Shown piece by piece: positions 16,347 to 16,645 of a stretch of DNA of 16,645 nucleotides. The DNA lies in assembly GCA_027622665.1 (NCBI GenBank), contig JAQBYT010000055.1, positions 1 through 16,645 of the forward strand. The letters are read 5' to 3'. Positions within the stretch are counted from its first letter, which is position 1. Each line of letters starts with the position of its first letter. Position numbers and translations under genes: made by a program. The notes beneath the pieces were generated by a model. It did not search any database. It saw only the letters and a program-made list of their open reading frames with translations, and was not told the DNA's origin. Source of the DNA: Verrucomicrobiota bacterium. Lineage in GTDB: Bacteria > Verrucomicrobiota > Verrucomicrobiia > Opitutales > Seribacteraceae.

Positions 16347-16645
16347 TTACCCGAGCAGCATCAGGGCTGAATTCGGTGCAATGTTAGCTTGGGCAAGCAT
16401 GGACATTGAGGCTTGGACTAGAATGCTGTACTTGGCCAAGTTCGTGGACTCTTCGGCCACATCTACGTCCATGATCCTGCTATTCGCTGCCTCCAGATTA
16501 GCCTTGCTTAATCGCAAGTGATCTTCCGAAAACGCCAACCTTGCAGATGTCGCCCCGTTCGAAGCCCGTAACGTTGCAATGTTTTCCAGAGCCGTGGTCA
16601 ATAGACCAATGCTAACCTGAGTTAGCGTAAGCGACTCGCTCACGT
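16347..16645 (-). CDS. fliC: Flagellin, C-terminal part (5' end beyond the window)
   Basis: LENIATLRASNGATSARL...NLEAANSRIMDVDVAEESTNLAKYSILVQASMSMLAQANIAPNSALMLLG*. The frame is open to the window edge. Confidence 0.95.
   Translation of the reverse strand, partial: VSESLTLTQVSIGLLTTALENIATLRASNGATSARLAFSEDHLRLSKANLEAANSRIMDVDVAEESTNLAKYSILVQASMSMLAQANIAPNSALMLLG
16480..16645. repeat. Copy 2 of the 166-bp direct repeat (partner 15405-15570), continuing to the window edge
   Basis: Manual alignment as for copy 1. Confidence 0.95.

Noticed and set aside
1..16645. CRISPR arrays, tRNA/rRNA genes, IS elements, integrases, reverse transcriptases
   Set aside because: I saw no regularly spaced repeats, cloverleaf structures or transposase/recombinase/RT motifs by eye.

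Overview
A bacterial genomic window of about 50-55% GC. The gene styles suggest Verrucomicrobiota/Opitutales (inference only). Left to right: (1) the 3' part of a large surface protein with a ZU5-like HFS domain, a Trp/Tyr-rich repeat block and a divergent InlB-B-like repeat; (2) a small lipoprotein; (3) a uridine-kinase-like P-loop protein; (4) an unannotated 25-aa hydrophobic ORF; (5) a stand-alone response regulator; (6) an FG-GAP beta-propeller; (7) an exported coiled-coil protein; (8) an enolase-superfamily gene broken by two in-frame stops; (9) a MORN-variant lipoprotein, an intact mandelate-racemase-family enzyme and a PQQ sugar dehydrogenase; (10) about 820 bp with no convincing gene; (11) marR and an orphan vsr; (12) a STAND-type NTPase with a C-terminal coiled-coil/2TM/coiled-coil tail; (13) a tandem array of at least three flagellins running off the right edge. 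The most notable region is the flagellin end. Two copies are about 97% identical over 166 bp but only about 64% identical in the D0 tail, with a sharp boundary. One flagellin has atypical termini, one leader carries CsrA-type GGA hairpins, and a membrane-anchored STAND NTPase lies directly downstream. No CRISPR array, tRNA, rRNA or mobile element was found.
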